Below are positions 54,615 through 64,000 of a stretch of DNA of 64,000 nt, piece after piece. The translations under genes were made by a program, and so were the position numbers. This DNA is from a virus. Taxonomy: Duplodnaviria > Caudoviricetes. Location: the IMG/VR virus record IMGVR_UViG_3300046819_000361, one strand, 5' to 3'. The number at the start of each line of letters is the position of its first letter. Position 1 is the stretch's first letter. The notes below the pieces were generated by a model. It was given only the letters and a program-made list of their open reading frames with translations, was not told the DNA's origin and did no database searches.

Positions 54615-55624
54615 AGGTCGTTATAAATTTGTAGTAATGTGTTTTTATTATAAGTGTCGGATTCGATGCTGATAATTTGATTTGAAACGATTGAATCAAT
54701 ACTTTCAAATGCTTCAACATCCACTGTTGTTGCTATTTCAACTGATTTTTTATCAGAAATTAATGTGATCTCGCGTAGATTGTAAGTAGCAATATAATGT
54801 TCTTTTGTGAAAGCTGCTTCTTCAAATGACAAATTACAATCATTAACTACTCGTAAATGTTGTTTTGGTTTCAATACAGAATCTGCTGTATCAATTAATT
54901 TACTTAATGTAATAGTTCTAAAAGTTGGTTGATTTGGCCAGGATTTATATTCTGGTTGACCACCCCACTCTAGCATCATCATACCTCTGTCATCATCCCA
55001 CGCATCCGCGTAGTTGTGTGGAAATGCATTTCCTATATAATGCATGTTTCCACGCACTTGACGTTTATGAAAATGCCCACTAAATCCGAGTTCATAATTG
55101 TTAAAATTATCTAATTGTAATTCCCCATGATCTGGCATTTGTACCATTGCATTCATGAAGAAGCTTGGAAGTTCAAAATGTCCAAAAATATATTTGGCAC
55201 CCTTTTTTCCTATTTGTTTCCATTCATCTCCCACCAACCAAGGGCATAATGTAACATTTCCAATAGTGGTAGGGTGATGTATTACAGTAATTCCTGGAAT
55301 ATATTTTCCGAATTCAACGGAATGAATATCTCGTTTATCTTTAAAATATAAATCGTGATTACCTGGAAAGTAGAAAAATTGATCAAATGCATTACCAAGT
55401 TTTTCTAAAACTCGTAAAGAATAATCCATTGTCACGACATTTAATGTGTTTCGATTGTGGTGAAAATCACCTAGAAATAAACCGGTTTCACAGTTATTAT
55501 CTTTTGCTGATTGAATAAACCAATCTATAAATTCTTCGCAATCTTGATTATGGACGTTTGAATTGCCTTTTAAGCCAAGATGCAGATCTGTGAATACTGC
55601 TGCCTTTTTAAATAAATTTTCCAT
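54611..55624 (-). CDS. gp47: recombination endonuclease nuclease subunit (gp47/SbcD/Mre11-like)
   Basis: DLHLG, GDFHH, GNHD, GHFE, SGHFH metallophosphoesterase motifs. Confidence 0.95.
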   Translation of the reverse strand: MENLFKKAAVFTDLHLGLKGNSNVHNQDCEEFIDWFIQSAKDNNCETGLFLGDFHHNRNTLNVVTMDYSLRVLEKLGNAFDQFFYFPGNHDLYFKDKRDIHSVEFGKYIPGITVIHHPTTIGNVTLCPWLVGDEWKQIGKKGAKYIFGHFELPSFFMNAMVQMPDHGELQLDNFNNYELGFSGHFHKRQVRGNMHYIGNAFPHNYADAWDDDRGMMMLEWGGQPEYKSWPNQPTFRTITLSKLIDTADSVLKPKQHLRVVNDCNLSFEEAAFTKEHYIATYNLREITLISDKKSVEIATTVDVEAFESIDSIVSNQIISIESDTYNKNTLLQIYNDL

Positions 55625-55666
55625 ATAGTCCCTTATTAATTAATCCTTTGCCTATGTTTAAAAAAT

Positions 55667-55690
55667 GGTATCCGAGAAATCTCGGATACC
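55667..55690. terminator. hairpin between gp55 and gp47
   Basis: GGTATCCGAG-aaat-CTCGGATACC followed by a T-tract on the minus strand. Confidence 0.55.
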
Positions 55691-55697
55691 GATAAAA

Positions 55698-56531
55698 TTA
55701 GTCGTAATCTTCTGAACTTCTGCGTTCAGAAGATTCGTACTCACCGGATGATGATCTGGTGTATGACGGGTTTAGCCCATTCATTTCTAAAATATCATCT
55801 CTTATTTCACGATGACGTTTTTCGATATTGATGATTCTGACGAAACTGTTCTTAACACAGGTTGTTAAGTATGCAAACGGGTTATCAGATTTTGATTCAT
55901 CAAATTGCAATCCAATACTCACTAATTGTAAGATAGCCAATCCTTTCATTTCGTCATTATAAGAATATCCGCGAACATTTCCTCTAGTTGCATATCGTTC
56001 ACACATCATCATCATCATTTTTGCAAGTGTATCGGTCATTTTCCCTGCATGAGGGTCAAAGTAGCCGGTCAATAAGTCACCTTTCCAGTGACTCTTTCCA
56101 ACACAAATTAGGTTATCATTTTCATCAAAAATCCAATGTTGAAATGGCTTGAAGTTGACTTTGTCGTGTTTGTCAGCTTCTGTTTTTGGGTTTTTCTTGC
56201 GTAAATGATTAGTTGGAATATGGTCATATGACATTATCCTGAATACCAAATCTGTTTTTGGTATTTTTTTATAATTTAATTTGCAATCTGCTAGTTTGAT
56301 TTTATCACCACTTGCTTTTCTACTAGCAAACTCCATATCTGATAGGCGCTTTGCTCGGTTACGTTTAGCTTCGGCTATTGATCGCACATTGATTTTTGAC
56401 AGACTCGGTAAGATGATGTCGTATTGATGATATCCCGGGTCTGTAAAACTACAAAATGATGATTTTGATTTGTGAATTTCTAATAACAAGTCCTTATTAT
56501 TGAGGTAATTTTTTGGAGGTGTAACTTTCAT
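55698..56531 (-). CDS. gp55: late-transcription sigma factor (gp55-like)
   Basis: NYLNNKDLL; GYSY.DEM...AI......FD.SKS.NPFAY.T...NSF.R.I..EKR. Confidence 0.9.
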   Translation of the reverse strand: MKVTPPKNYLNNKDLLLEIHKSKSSFCSFTDPGYHQYDIILPSLSKINVRSIAEAKRNRAKRLSDMEFASRKASGDKIKLADCKLNYKKIPKTDLVFRIMSYDHIPTNHLRKKNPKTEADKHDKVNFKPFQHWIFDENDNLICVGKSHWKGDLLTGYFDPHAGKMTDTLAKMMMMMCERYATRGNVRGYSYNDEMKGLAILQLVSIGLQFDESKSDNPFAYLTTCVKNSFVRIINIEKRHREIRDDILEMNGLNPSYTRSSSGEYESSERRSSEDYD

Positions 56532-56553
56532 TTATATATCCTTATATCTATTG

Positions 56554-56589
56554 ATTATAACATACGAAGATAATGATGTCAACTAAATA
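56554..56589. promoter_or_regulatory. sigma70 promoter of gp55 (minus) abutting the late promoter of the baseplate operon (plus)
   Basis: TTGACA(56582-56577)-17 nt-TATAAT(56559-56554); ACTAAATA 56582-56589. Confidence 0.8.
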
Positions 56590-56609
56590 TCATATAACAA
56601 GGAAAAAAT

Positions 56610-57611
56610 ATGAGTATTATTGACGGACGAAGCGTATCATCAAGCATCAGTAGCATAACCAATGCGGTTGGAGCTGGATCGCGGCTGGTTAACGCTTCTG
56701 CAAATTTAGGATCCGCATTATCTACTGCTATTAGTTCTGGTGATGTAGTTGGTGCAATTCGTAGTATTAACATCCCTGCCGGTGCTGAGGCAATAGGGGA
56801 CATTGTAAGTGCGGTAGCATCATTTGGTGGTGATGCCAGTGATAATGATTGGAGAGTCAGATTGAGCCTAGCCAATTGGTCTAGTTTCAAAACGAGCCCA
56901 GTCTTATCACCGTTGAAAAAAGCTGGTGGTTTGATATTTCCATACACTCCAAAAATTCAGATAGCAAGTAATGCAACCTACAGCAGAGTACAAACCACAC
57001 ATACAAATTACTCTTTTCAAGCCTATCAAAATAGCGATCCTGGAACTATCAGCATAACAGCTGATATGTTTGTGGAAGATTCAACGCAAGCATTGTATTG
57101 GATCGCAATGGTTCATTATCTGCGATCTTTGACAAAGATGTTTACAGGAGCTGATGTTAAAGCAGGAAATCCACCACCCATTATTTATCTAAATGGATAC
57201 GGTAATTACGTATTTAAAAACGTGCCAGTTGTGGTAACTAAAATGACAGTTGACTTGGGGTCTGACGTTGATTACATTGGGTGTCATGTTGGTGGCAGTA
57301 TGGCAAGTGAAATAGCGAGTATTGCTGATCAGGTTGGTGATTTGACTGGTGCGATAGGTGGAGCTGTTTCTGGATTATCGGGTGTAGCTAATACTATTGG
57401 AAATATTGCTGGTGGTGTAAGTCAAGCAGCTGGGATTTTGGGTGCATTAGGTGTTCCCGGGATTAGTGGGGGTGGTATGGCCCATGTGCCAACAAAAAGT
57501 TCATTCAATATCACATTACAACCAGTTTACAGTAGAGAAAGCGTTAAGAAATTTAGTCTTGATCGGTTTGTTACTGGTGGTTATATGAATAATTCAGTGG
57601 GGTACATCTAA
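56610..57611 (+). CDS. baseplate-tail tube junction protein (gp48/54-like)
   Basis: FPYTP.I, H.NY..., I.ITA.M, TKM..G...GNPPP...L.GYG...F.NVPVV; precedes gp53. Confidence 0.6.
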   Translation: MSIIDGRSVSSSISSITNAVGAGSRLVNASANLGSALSTAISSGDVVGAIRSINIPAGAEAIGDIVSAVASFGGDASDNDWRVRLSLANWSSFKTSPVLSPLKKAGGLIFPYTPKIQIASNATYSRVQTTHTNYSFQAYQNSDPGTISITADMFVEDSTQALYWIAMVHYLRSLTKMFTGADVKAGNPPPIIYLNGYGNYVFKNVPVVVTKMTVDLGSDVDYIGCHVGGSMASEIASIADQVGDLTGAIGGAVSGLSGVANTIGNIAGGVSQAAGILGALGVPGISGGGMAHVPTKSSFNITLQPVYSRESVKKFSLDRFVTGGYMNNSVGYI

Positions 57612-57913
57612 TGGCAGCGCGATATGCATCAACTAGTCCGTGGTTTAACACACCTGTCACACAAAATTATTTGGACAAATTGGTTATTAGACCGGTAAGT
57701 GCTCAAACTGATGATTTTTTGTACACAATTGAACCGCAATATACACATAGGCCAGATTTATTAGCACATGACGTTTATGGTAGTGCTAGTTTATGGTGGG
57801 TCTTTACCCAACGGAATTTGGATGTTATTCAAGATCCAATTTTTGATTTCGTGCCTGGTGTTAGTATCTATTTGCCAAAAAGTAGTAGTTTAAAATCGGT
57901 ATTGGGGATATAA
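57611..57913 (+). CDS. gp53: baseplate wedge LysM-like protein (gp53-like)
   Basis: RPDLLAHDVYGSASLWWVF..RN. Confidence 0.85.
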   Translation: MAARYASTSPWFNTPVTQNYLDKLVIRPVSAQTDDFLYTIEPQYTHRPDLLAHDVYGSASLWWVFTQRNLDVIQDPIFDFVPGVSIYLPKSSSLKSVLGI

Positions 57914-60361
57914 ATGAATACGCAAGAAATTCTTGGTGCAACAACTAATGCCGTTTCAACTGTAAAATCGTTGAGTAATATTGCTTCAGCTACATCGTTA
58001 TCGGGAATAGCTGAAGCAATTCCTGGTGCAATTGGAGATACCGTAAGTGCAATATCTAAAAATATATCAAAGGGAATAGATTCCATATCTTCTGGATTTG
58101 AAAATATTTTATCATCGGTGGATTCTGGTGAAGAGGATTCAGATTTAGAACTTCCATTACCAAATATATTACACAGTTATGTAACTTATAATTGTATATT
58201 TGGTTTGTATTGTCTTGATGCTGATAGTTTCAATTATCCAGGAAGTTCGTATATGGCTGGTAAAATGCCCACAATAATATGCAAATCGGCCAGTTCAGAC
58301 CCGGATAATAGAATAAAGTTAGCTGGTGGTGGGAAATATGATTTTTTTATTGATGAGTTAGTTATCAATGGTTATGCTTCGTTCACTGAACAGTCAGGGA
58401 ATACAACACAAACCACTATAGAATTTACAGTAACAGAGCCTTATAGTATGGGTATGTTTATGCAAGCACTTGAACTAGAAGCATTGAATCAAAAATATGC
58501 TAATTGGCTTGATGCAAACTTCTTATTGACGATTGAATTCAAAGGCAATACTGAAACTGGGCAAATGGTATCCGTGCCAAACAGCAAAAAGTTCATACCA
58601 TTCAAATTTCAAAAATGCAATATGAAAGTTAATGAAAGTGGTAGTATATACACTGTATCAGCCTATGCTGCGTCTGGTGAAGCACTGAATGATGGATTTA
58701 CCACACTTAAATCCGATGCAACAATCACTGGTAAAACTGTACAAGAAATTTTACAAAGTGGTCCAAAGAGTTTACAACAAGTTGTTAATGCTAGATATAA
58801 ACAGCTAAAAGATACGGGAGCAGTTAAAGTTCAGGATGAAATACTAATATTATTCCCAGTTAATATTTCAACTGAGGGAGCGGGTGCAACACTTGTAAAA
58901 CAAGGTGATACCGAAAGTAAATCATCTGCTACACAGGATCCTACTCAAATTAATGATGCTGGTTTATTTGAAACGTTGGGCGTCTCTAGAAGTAGCACAA
59001 GCTCTTCATTAATTCAAAATGATGGAACATGTAATGCATTGGGAAAAGCTACATTAGGTTTCGATGTTAATCGAGGTGGCAGTTCTCCATTTCCAGATGA
59101 AAATGCGGTGTGGGATGATACTAAAAAAATATGGGAAAGATCGGCTGTATGTTCAGCACCTGGAGTTACTGATTTCAAATTTTCACAAGATTCAGATATT
59201 ATAAATGCAATAAATCAAGTAATGCTAAAAAGTTCGATCGCAGTTGCCGCACTAGATGCAAAACAAATTTCGGAGGATGGATTCCGCCCATGGTGGAGAA
59301 TTGATACACAAGTGTATCATATAACATCTAATGAAAATCTTAAAACAACTGGTACAATTCCTAAACTTATAGTATATAGAGTGATTCCATACAAGGTTCA
59401 CTCAAGTAAAATGTTACCGCCAAATGCAACTGCGCCTGGTTTAGATAAATTAAAAGATCAAATAGTTAAAGAATATAATTACATTTATACCGGTAAAAAT
59501 ATTGATTTACTTAAATTTGATTTTGAATTGTCACAATCATTTCACAATCCATATATGGCTGATAATTTTCAGAAATCCGGCGATATTGTGACGGCACAGC
59601 AAACTGGTGCGGCTGAGACCGTTACTCCAAATGAGGCGAAACAAGCAATCCCAAAAATTCCAACAGGAAGTAGTAATATACAACCCGGGACTGCAGTTAC
59701 ACCAACTAAATTTACACAAACTGTGACATCAACTGATAATAAAGGCGGATCTAAAGGTGATACTACTGCGACTAGGGCAGCAAAATTATTTCATGATGCT
59801 TTAATTAATCCAAATGAAATGACTAAAATATCGTTTGATATTATTGGTGACCCATATTATATATCAAACAGTGGTACTGGTAATTACACTGATACACAGC
59901 TTAAATTTATTAATATTACAAAGGACGGCAGTATTAATTATATGAATGGTGAAGCTCATATTGTTATTAACTTTAGAACTCCAAGTGATATAAATCAATC
60001 CACTGGGTTGTACGATTTAACAAATACAAAATTATGTCAACAATTTAGTGGGATTTTTAAATTGGGACTTATAAAAAGTGAGTTTAGAAAAGGAATATTT
60101 AAACAAAGTATTGAAGCATATAGAATTCAAGGCCAGGACAATCCAGAACCTGCAAATAACGACGCATTATTAAGTTCTGATAAAATGCCAGATATTAATA
60201 AAGGACTTGGCATATCAAATTTTTTTAATTCTGTTGAAAATTTATCAAAAGAAATAGATTCGGTAACCTCGGAATTCACTACACAAGTTCAATCAGCCTT
60301 GAACAATACTATTGCAACTGCTGAAAAAGCATTGCCAACAATTACAGGATTAATAAAATAA
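57914..60361 (+). CDS. baseplate hub protein (gp27-like, extended)
   Basis: Between gp53 and gp5; KEYNYIYTGKN.D, I.GDPYY, FSG+F motifs. Confidence 0.6.
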   Translation: MNTQEILGATTNAVSTVKSLSNIASATSLSGIAEAIPGAIGDTVSAISKNISKGIDSISSGFENILSSVDSGEEDSDLELPLPNILHSYVTYNCIFGLYCLDADSFNYPGSSYMAGKMPTIICKSASSDPDNRIKLAGGGKYDFFIDELVINGYASFTEQSGNTTQTTIEFTVTEPYSMGMFMQALELEALNQKYANWLDANFLLTIEFKGNTETGQMVSVPNSKKFIPFKFQKCNMKVNESGSIYTVSAYAASGEALNDGFTTLKSDATITGKTVQEILQSGPKSLQQVVNARYKQLKDTGAVKVQDEILILFPVNISTEGAGATLVKQGDTESKSSATQDPTQINDAGLFETLGVSRSSTSSSLIQNDGTCNALGKATLGFDVNRGGSSPFPDENAVWDDTKKIWERSAVCSAPGVTDFKFSQDSDIINAINQVMLKSSIAVAALDAKQISEDGFRPWWRIDTQVYHITSNENLKTTGTIPKLIVYRVIPYKVHSSKMLPPNATAPGLDKLKDQIVKEYNYIYTGKNIDLLKFDFELSQSFHNPYMADNFQKSGDIVTAQQTGAAETVTPNEAKQAIPKIPTGSSNIQPGTAVTPTKFTQTVTSTDNKGGSKGDTTATRAAKLFHDALINPNEMTKISFDIIGDPYYISNSGTGNYTDTQLKFINITKDGSINYMNGEAHIVINFRTPSDINQSTGLYDLTNTKLCQQFSGIFKLGLIKSEFRKGIFKQSIEAYRIQGQDNPEPANNDALLSSDKMPDINKGLGISNFFNSVENLSKEIDSVTSEFTTQVQSALNNTIATAEKALPTITGLIK

Positions 60362-61785
60362 TGGCAGAAGATCAAAATTCAGGTGTACAAGGCGGATCCG
60401 TGCCATCGCATCCGTGTCTTGCAAAGGTTGTTAGCCATTTAGACACCACATATATGGGTGCCCTTCAAGTAATGTTGTTACGCCCAGGCGCTGGTAATGA
60501 CACAACCAGTTCTCAAGTACAGCAGGTTCAATACATGAGCCCATTTTGGGGAAATACATCAATTGACTCAGTTGGCAGTCAAAATGATTACAACAATACG
60601 CAAAAAAGTTATGGTATGTGGATGGTCCCCCCGGATGTGGGATCCACTGTTATAGTTATATTCATAAATGGTGATGCGGCAAGAGGATATTGGATAGGAT
60701 GTGTTCCAGATGAGAACATGAATTTCATGGTACCTGGAATAGCCGCCACCGAAAATTCTGTGACTAGTGGAACAGCAGATGCAGCTGGGCGTACAGGAAG
60801 ATTGCCAGTTGCTGAATATAATAAATTGGAAAATAACCAAAATGGTGATGCTACTAGATTTAAAAAACCAGTACATCCAATTGCAGCAGCTTTGGAAGCA
60901 CAAGGATTGCTATTAGATGATACCAGAGGAATAACCACCAGCAGTGCACGGCGTGAAACACCGAGTATGGTATTTGGTATAAGCACACCAGGTCCATTTG
61001 ATAAACGTCAAGGAGCGCAAGTTGGTCATCTAGGAAAATCTGATTGTGGTGTTAATAATGGACCCGTAAGTCATTTAGGCGGCACAACATTTGTGTTAGA
61101 TGATGGGGATGATAAATTTTTGAGAAAAACATCAGCGAGTATTGGTCCACCAGAATATGTATCTGTTGAAAAGGGTGATACTGGTGGTGATGTGACGATT
61201 CCTCATAATGAATTATTCAGAATTAGAACCAGAACTGGGCATCAAATATTATTGCATAATTCTGAAGATTTAATTTATATAGGGAATAGTAAAGGTACAA
61301 CGTGGATCGAATTGACCAGTAATGGTAAAATTGATATATTTGCAGAAGATAGTATTAGTATTCATACAAAGCAAGATTTTAATTTAACTGCTGATAGAGA
61401 TATCAATTTCAATGCTAAAAATATAAATTTAACGGCATCTGAAAATTTCAAAGTTACTGCTAGTAAAAATTTTGAAGTAGTGGCTGGTGTTGATGGATTG
61501 ATTACATTGGGTGGTAGTCAACATATAAAATCTGGTGGAAATTGTTTGATAACAGGCGCGGAAATTCATTTAAATGGTCCAGCTGCAACAGCTGCAACGG
61601 TAGCACCTGTGCCTACTAGAATCCCCGATCATGAGCCTTGGATCGGACATGAAAATCTCGATCCAGCTATGTTTACCCCAGATAAAACGGTAGCAGTTGA
61701 GCCATCTCAATTAACAGAACCAACTCCACCGACTATGTATAAACAGTATACTGCTACTATGGATACATTTAATAAAGGATCATAA
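60361..61785 (+). CDS. gp5: baseplate central spike protein (gp5/VgrG-like)
   Basis: OB-fold YGMW..PPDVGS.V.V.F..GD...GYWIG; RTRTGHQI; beta-helix repeats; IHLNG. Confidence 0.85.
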   Translation: MAEDQNSGVQGGSVPSHPCLAKVVSHLDTTYMGALQVMLLRPGAGNDTTSSQVQQVQYMSPFWGNTSIDSVGSQNDYNNTQKSYGMWMVPPDVGSTVIVIFINGDAARGYWIGCVPDENMNFMVPGIAATENSVTSGTADAAGRTGRLPVAEYNKLENNQNGDATRFKKPVHPIAAALEAQGLLLDDTRGITTSSARRETPSMVFGISTPGPFDKRQGAQVGHLGKSDCGVNNGPVSHLGGTTFVLDDGDDKFLRKTSASIGPPEYVSVEKGDTGGDVTIPHNELFRIRTRTGHQILLHNSEDLIYIGNSKGTTWIELTSNGKIDIFAEDSISIHTKQDFNLTADRDINFNAKNINLTASENFKVTASKNFEVVAGVDGLITLGGSQHIKSGGNCLITGAEIHLNGPAATAATVAPVPTRIPDHEPWIGHENLDPAMFTPDKTVAVEPSQLTEPTPPTMYKQYTATMDTFNKGS

Positions 61786-61786
61786 A

Positions 61787-62218
61787 ATGAGTAATTCATT
61801 ATATACTAAACTTACTATACCGTCAAATAATCAACAAATTACATCACAGATGTATAGAGGATTTAGTACGGTGAGTCCAGACACTGAAAATTTTAAATTG
61901 TTTGATTTAGCATTAGTTAAACAAGACTTGTTAAATCATTTTTACACTCGTCAAGGTGAACGATTGATGAATCCAAAATTTGGAACAGTAATATGGGATT
62001 TAATTTTTGAGCCGTTGACTGATGATACCAAGAATCTCATAATCCAAAATGTTAATGAAATTATAAATTATGATCCACGAATAGTTGCAAATGATGTAGT
62101 AATCACACAATATGAAAGTGGTATACAAATAGAATGTGTCTTGACATATTTGCCATATAATATATCGGAAAAACTTAAATTACAATTTGATCAGACTAAC
62201 GGGCTTTTTGTTCAATAA
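61787..62218 (+). CDS. gp25: baseplate wedge protein (gp25-like)
   Basis: T..GERLMNPKFGT.IWD.IFEP, YDPR. Confidence 0.9.
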   Translation: MSNSLYTKLTIPSNNQQITSQMYRGFSTVSPDTENFKLFDLALVKQDLLNHFYTRQGERLMNPKFGTVIWDLIFEPLTDDTKNLIIQNVNEIINYDPRIVANDVVITQYESGIQIECVLTYLPYNISEKLKLQFDQTNGLFVQ

Positions 62219-62265
62219 AGTGCGTAGATTATCCTAATGAATAAATACAGCTATTAGGATTAATT

Positions 62266-64000
62266 ATGAGTGCAACCGATAGAGAAAATAGACTTCTAGT
62301 AGCTGAAGATTGGACAAAAATATATCAGTCATTTCGTAGTGCTGACTTTCAAAGTTATGATTTTGAAAATATCAGACGAACAATGATTAACTATTTACGT
62401 CAAAATTACCCGGAAGATTTTAATGATTATATTGAAAGTTCTGAGTATTTGGCATTGATAGATCTTATAGCATTTTTTGGGCAAAATATTGCATTCCGAG
62501 TTGATTTGAATGCTCGTGAAAACTTTTTAGAATTGGCAGAACGTAGAGATAGCGTACTACGATTAGCTAGAATGATTAGCTATAATGCAAAAAGAAATAT
62601 TGCCGCAAAGGGGTTATTAAAATTTTCAACAGTTCAAACTACTGAGCGTGTTATTGATAGTAACGGTAGAAATCTATCAAACCAAGTCATTACATGGAAT
62701 GATACAAGTAATCCTAATTGGTATGACCAGTTCATAAAAATCATGAATGCAGCAATGCCAGATGCACAACAATTCGGTAATCCATCTGACAGCGCAACAA
62801 TTTATGGTATTGCTACTGAACAATATAGATTCCAAGCGGCTAATACTGATGTTCCAGTTTATTCATTCTCCAAAGTTATCTCTGGTAGATCAATGAATTT
62901 TGAGATTACCAGTACTACTTTTTCTGGACAAACCTATATCTATGAAGAATCCCCCAAAGTAGGTAATAGATTAGCATGTGTATATCGGGACGATGGCCAA
63001 GGTGCAGGAAGTGCTAATTCTGGTTTTTTCTTGAATTTTACACAAGGTTCTTTGAATACAGGTACTTTTAATATTTCACAACCGAGTACAAACGAAGTTA
63101 TTAATATTGATACCCAAGGGATCAATAATTCAGATGTGTGGTTATATTCATTAGATTTGTCTGGCGTTGAAAAAAGTGCATGGGTACAAGTTCCAAGTTT
63201 AACCGGTAATAATATCATATACAATAGTTTGAGTAAAAATATTAAAAATATTTATGGTGTGACTACACGGGCAAGTGATGCAATTAGTTTAAATTTTAGT
63301 GATGGCACATTTGGCAATCTTCCACAAGGCCCATTTAGAGTATATTATAGAATTAGTAATGGATTATCGTATGTAATTAATACGCAAGATATAAAAAATG
63401 TTACGATTTCAATACCATATATTTCGTCAACTAATCAGTTTGAAACATTAACTGTGTCATTAAATTTGACAACCTCGGTAATGAGTTCATCACCCTCTGA
63501 GACTAATGAAAGCATTAAAACAAATGCTCCTCAAAATTATTATACTCAGAATAGAATGATTACTGGCGAAGATTACAATATTAATCCATTAACAGCGAAT
63601 CATCAGATATTAAAAGTTAAATCAATTAATCGTACTTCAAGTGGTATTAGTCGATATTTTGATGTTGTTGATCCAACTAGCAAGTATAGTTCTACTAGAT
63701 TATTTTCTGATGATGGTATCATTTATTCAGAGTACTATTCTAATTCGGTAAATTTCTCATATAAAACAAGAATCGATATTCAAAATGCAATTTACAATGT
63801 AATATTACCGATATTGAAAGATGACGGATTAAAAAATTATTATTATTCTAATTTTGTTAGTGGGGTATTAAATTCTGGAAAAACAATTACTTGGACTCAA
63901 AATTCTTCTGATATACAATCAAGTGTTGGTGTTTTTTCCGAATCAGTTGCATCGTTGAATATAACAACAGGCGCTAAAATAAAATTTGTCGCTCCTGTTG
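62266..64000 (+). CDS. gp6: baseplate wedge protein (gp6-like), truncated by window end
   Basis: Own translation: MSATDRENRLL...YDFENIRRTMINYLRQNYPEDFNDYIESSE...ENFLELAERRDSVLRLARMISY; later QNRMITGEDY; AATAAATA at 62240-62247. Confidence 0.9.
   Translation, partial: MSATDRENRLLVAEDWTKIYQSFRSADFQSYDFENIRRTMINYLRQNYPEDFNDYIESSEYLALIDLIAFFGQNIAFRVDLNARENFLELAERRDSVLRLARMISYNAKRNIAAKGLLKFSTVQTTERVIDSNGRNLSNQVITWNDTSNPNWYDQFIKIMNAAMPDAQQFGNPSDSATIYGIATEQYRFQAANTDVPVYSFSKVISGRSMNFEITSTTFSGQTYIYEESPKVGNRLACVYRDDGQGAGSANSGFFLNFTQGSLNTGTFNISQPSTNEVINIDTQGINNSDVWLYSLDLSGVEKSAWVQVPSLTGNNIIYNSLSKNIKNIYGVTTRASDAISLNFSDGTFGNLPQGPFRVYYRISNGLSYVINTQDIKNVTISIPYISSTNQFETLTVSLNLTTSVMSSSPSETNESIKTNAPQNYYTQNRMITGEDYNINPLTANHQILKVKSINRTSSGISRYFDVVDPTSKYSSTRLFSDDGIIYSEYYSNSVNFSYKTRIDIQNAIYNVILPILKDDGLKNYYYSNFVSGVLNSGKTITWTQNSSDIQSSVGVFSESVASLNITTGAKIKFVAPV

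Noticed and set aside
56610-62218. Bacterial T6SS/eCIS locus
   Set aside because: Capsid, portal, terminase and replication genes show this is a phage baseplate module
1-64000. Alternative genetic code (stop-codon recoding as in some jumbo phages)
   Set aside because: Core genes are full length under the standard code and gp32 ends at TAG

Overview
AT-rich segment of a large T4-like (jumbo-type) myophage genome covering most of the core morphogenesis and recombination region. Recombination/replication genes: uvsW (partial), uvsY, uvsX, gp32, gp46/47, a resolvase-like nuclease and the late sigma factor gp55. Packaging and head genes: small terminase, large terminase with an intein, portal, prohead protease, scaffold and major capsid. 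Neck/tail genes: gp13, 14, 15, 18, 19. Baseplate genes: gp26/51, 48-like, 53, 27-like, 5, 25, 6. An accessory block (23.9-40.7 kb) holds a glycosyltransferase, a 2OG-Fe(II) oxygenase, two collagen-like fibres with S74 chaperones and three giant putative virion proteins. The most unusual observations are: (1) seven ~160-aa helical repeats with a phycobiliprotein-like K-C-x-R-D motif inserted in putative virion proteins; (2) a ~500-nt structured, pseudoknotted intergenic element that looks like a large unclassified ncRNA; (3) a collagen + hydroxylase + glycosyltransferase cassette; (4) a candidate -1 frameshift fusing gp26-like and gp51-like ORFs; (5) an Ala-start class 3 intein; (6) leaderless late genes and perfect sigma70 promoters embedded in inverted repeats. 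All calls come from motif recognition by eye; no database searches or folding computations were run, and the host is not determined.
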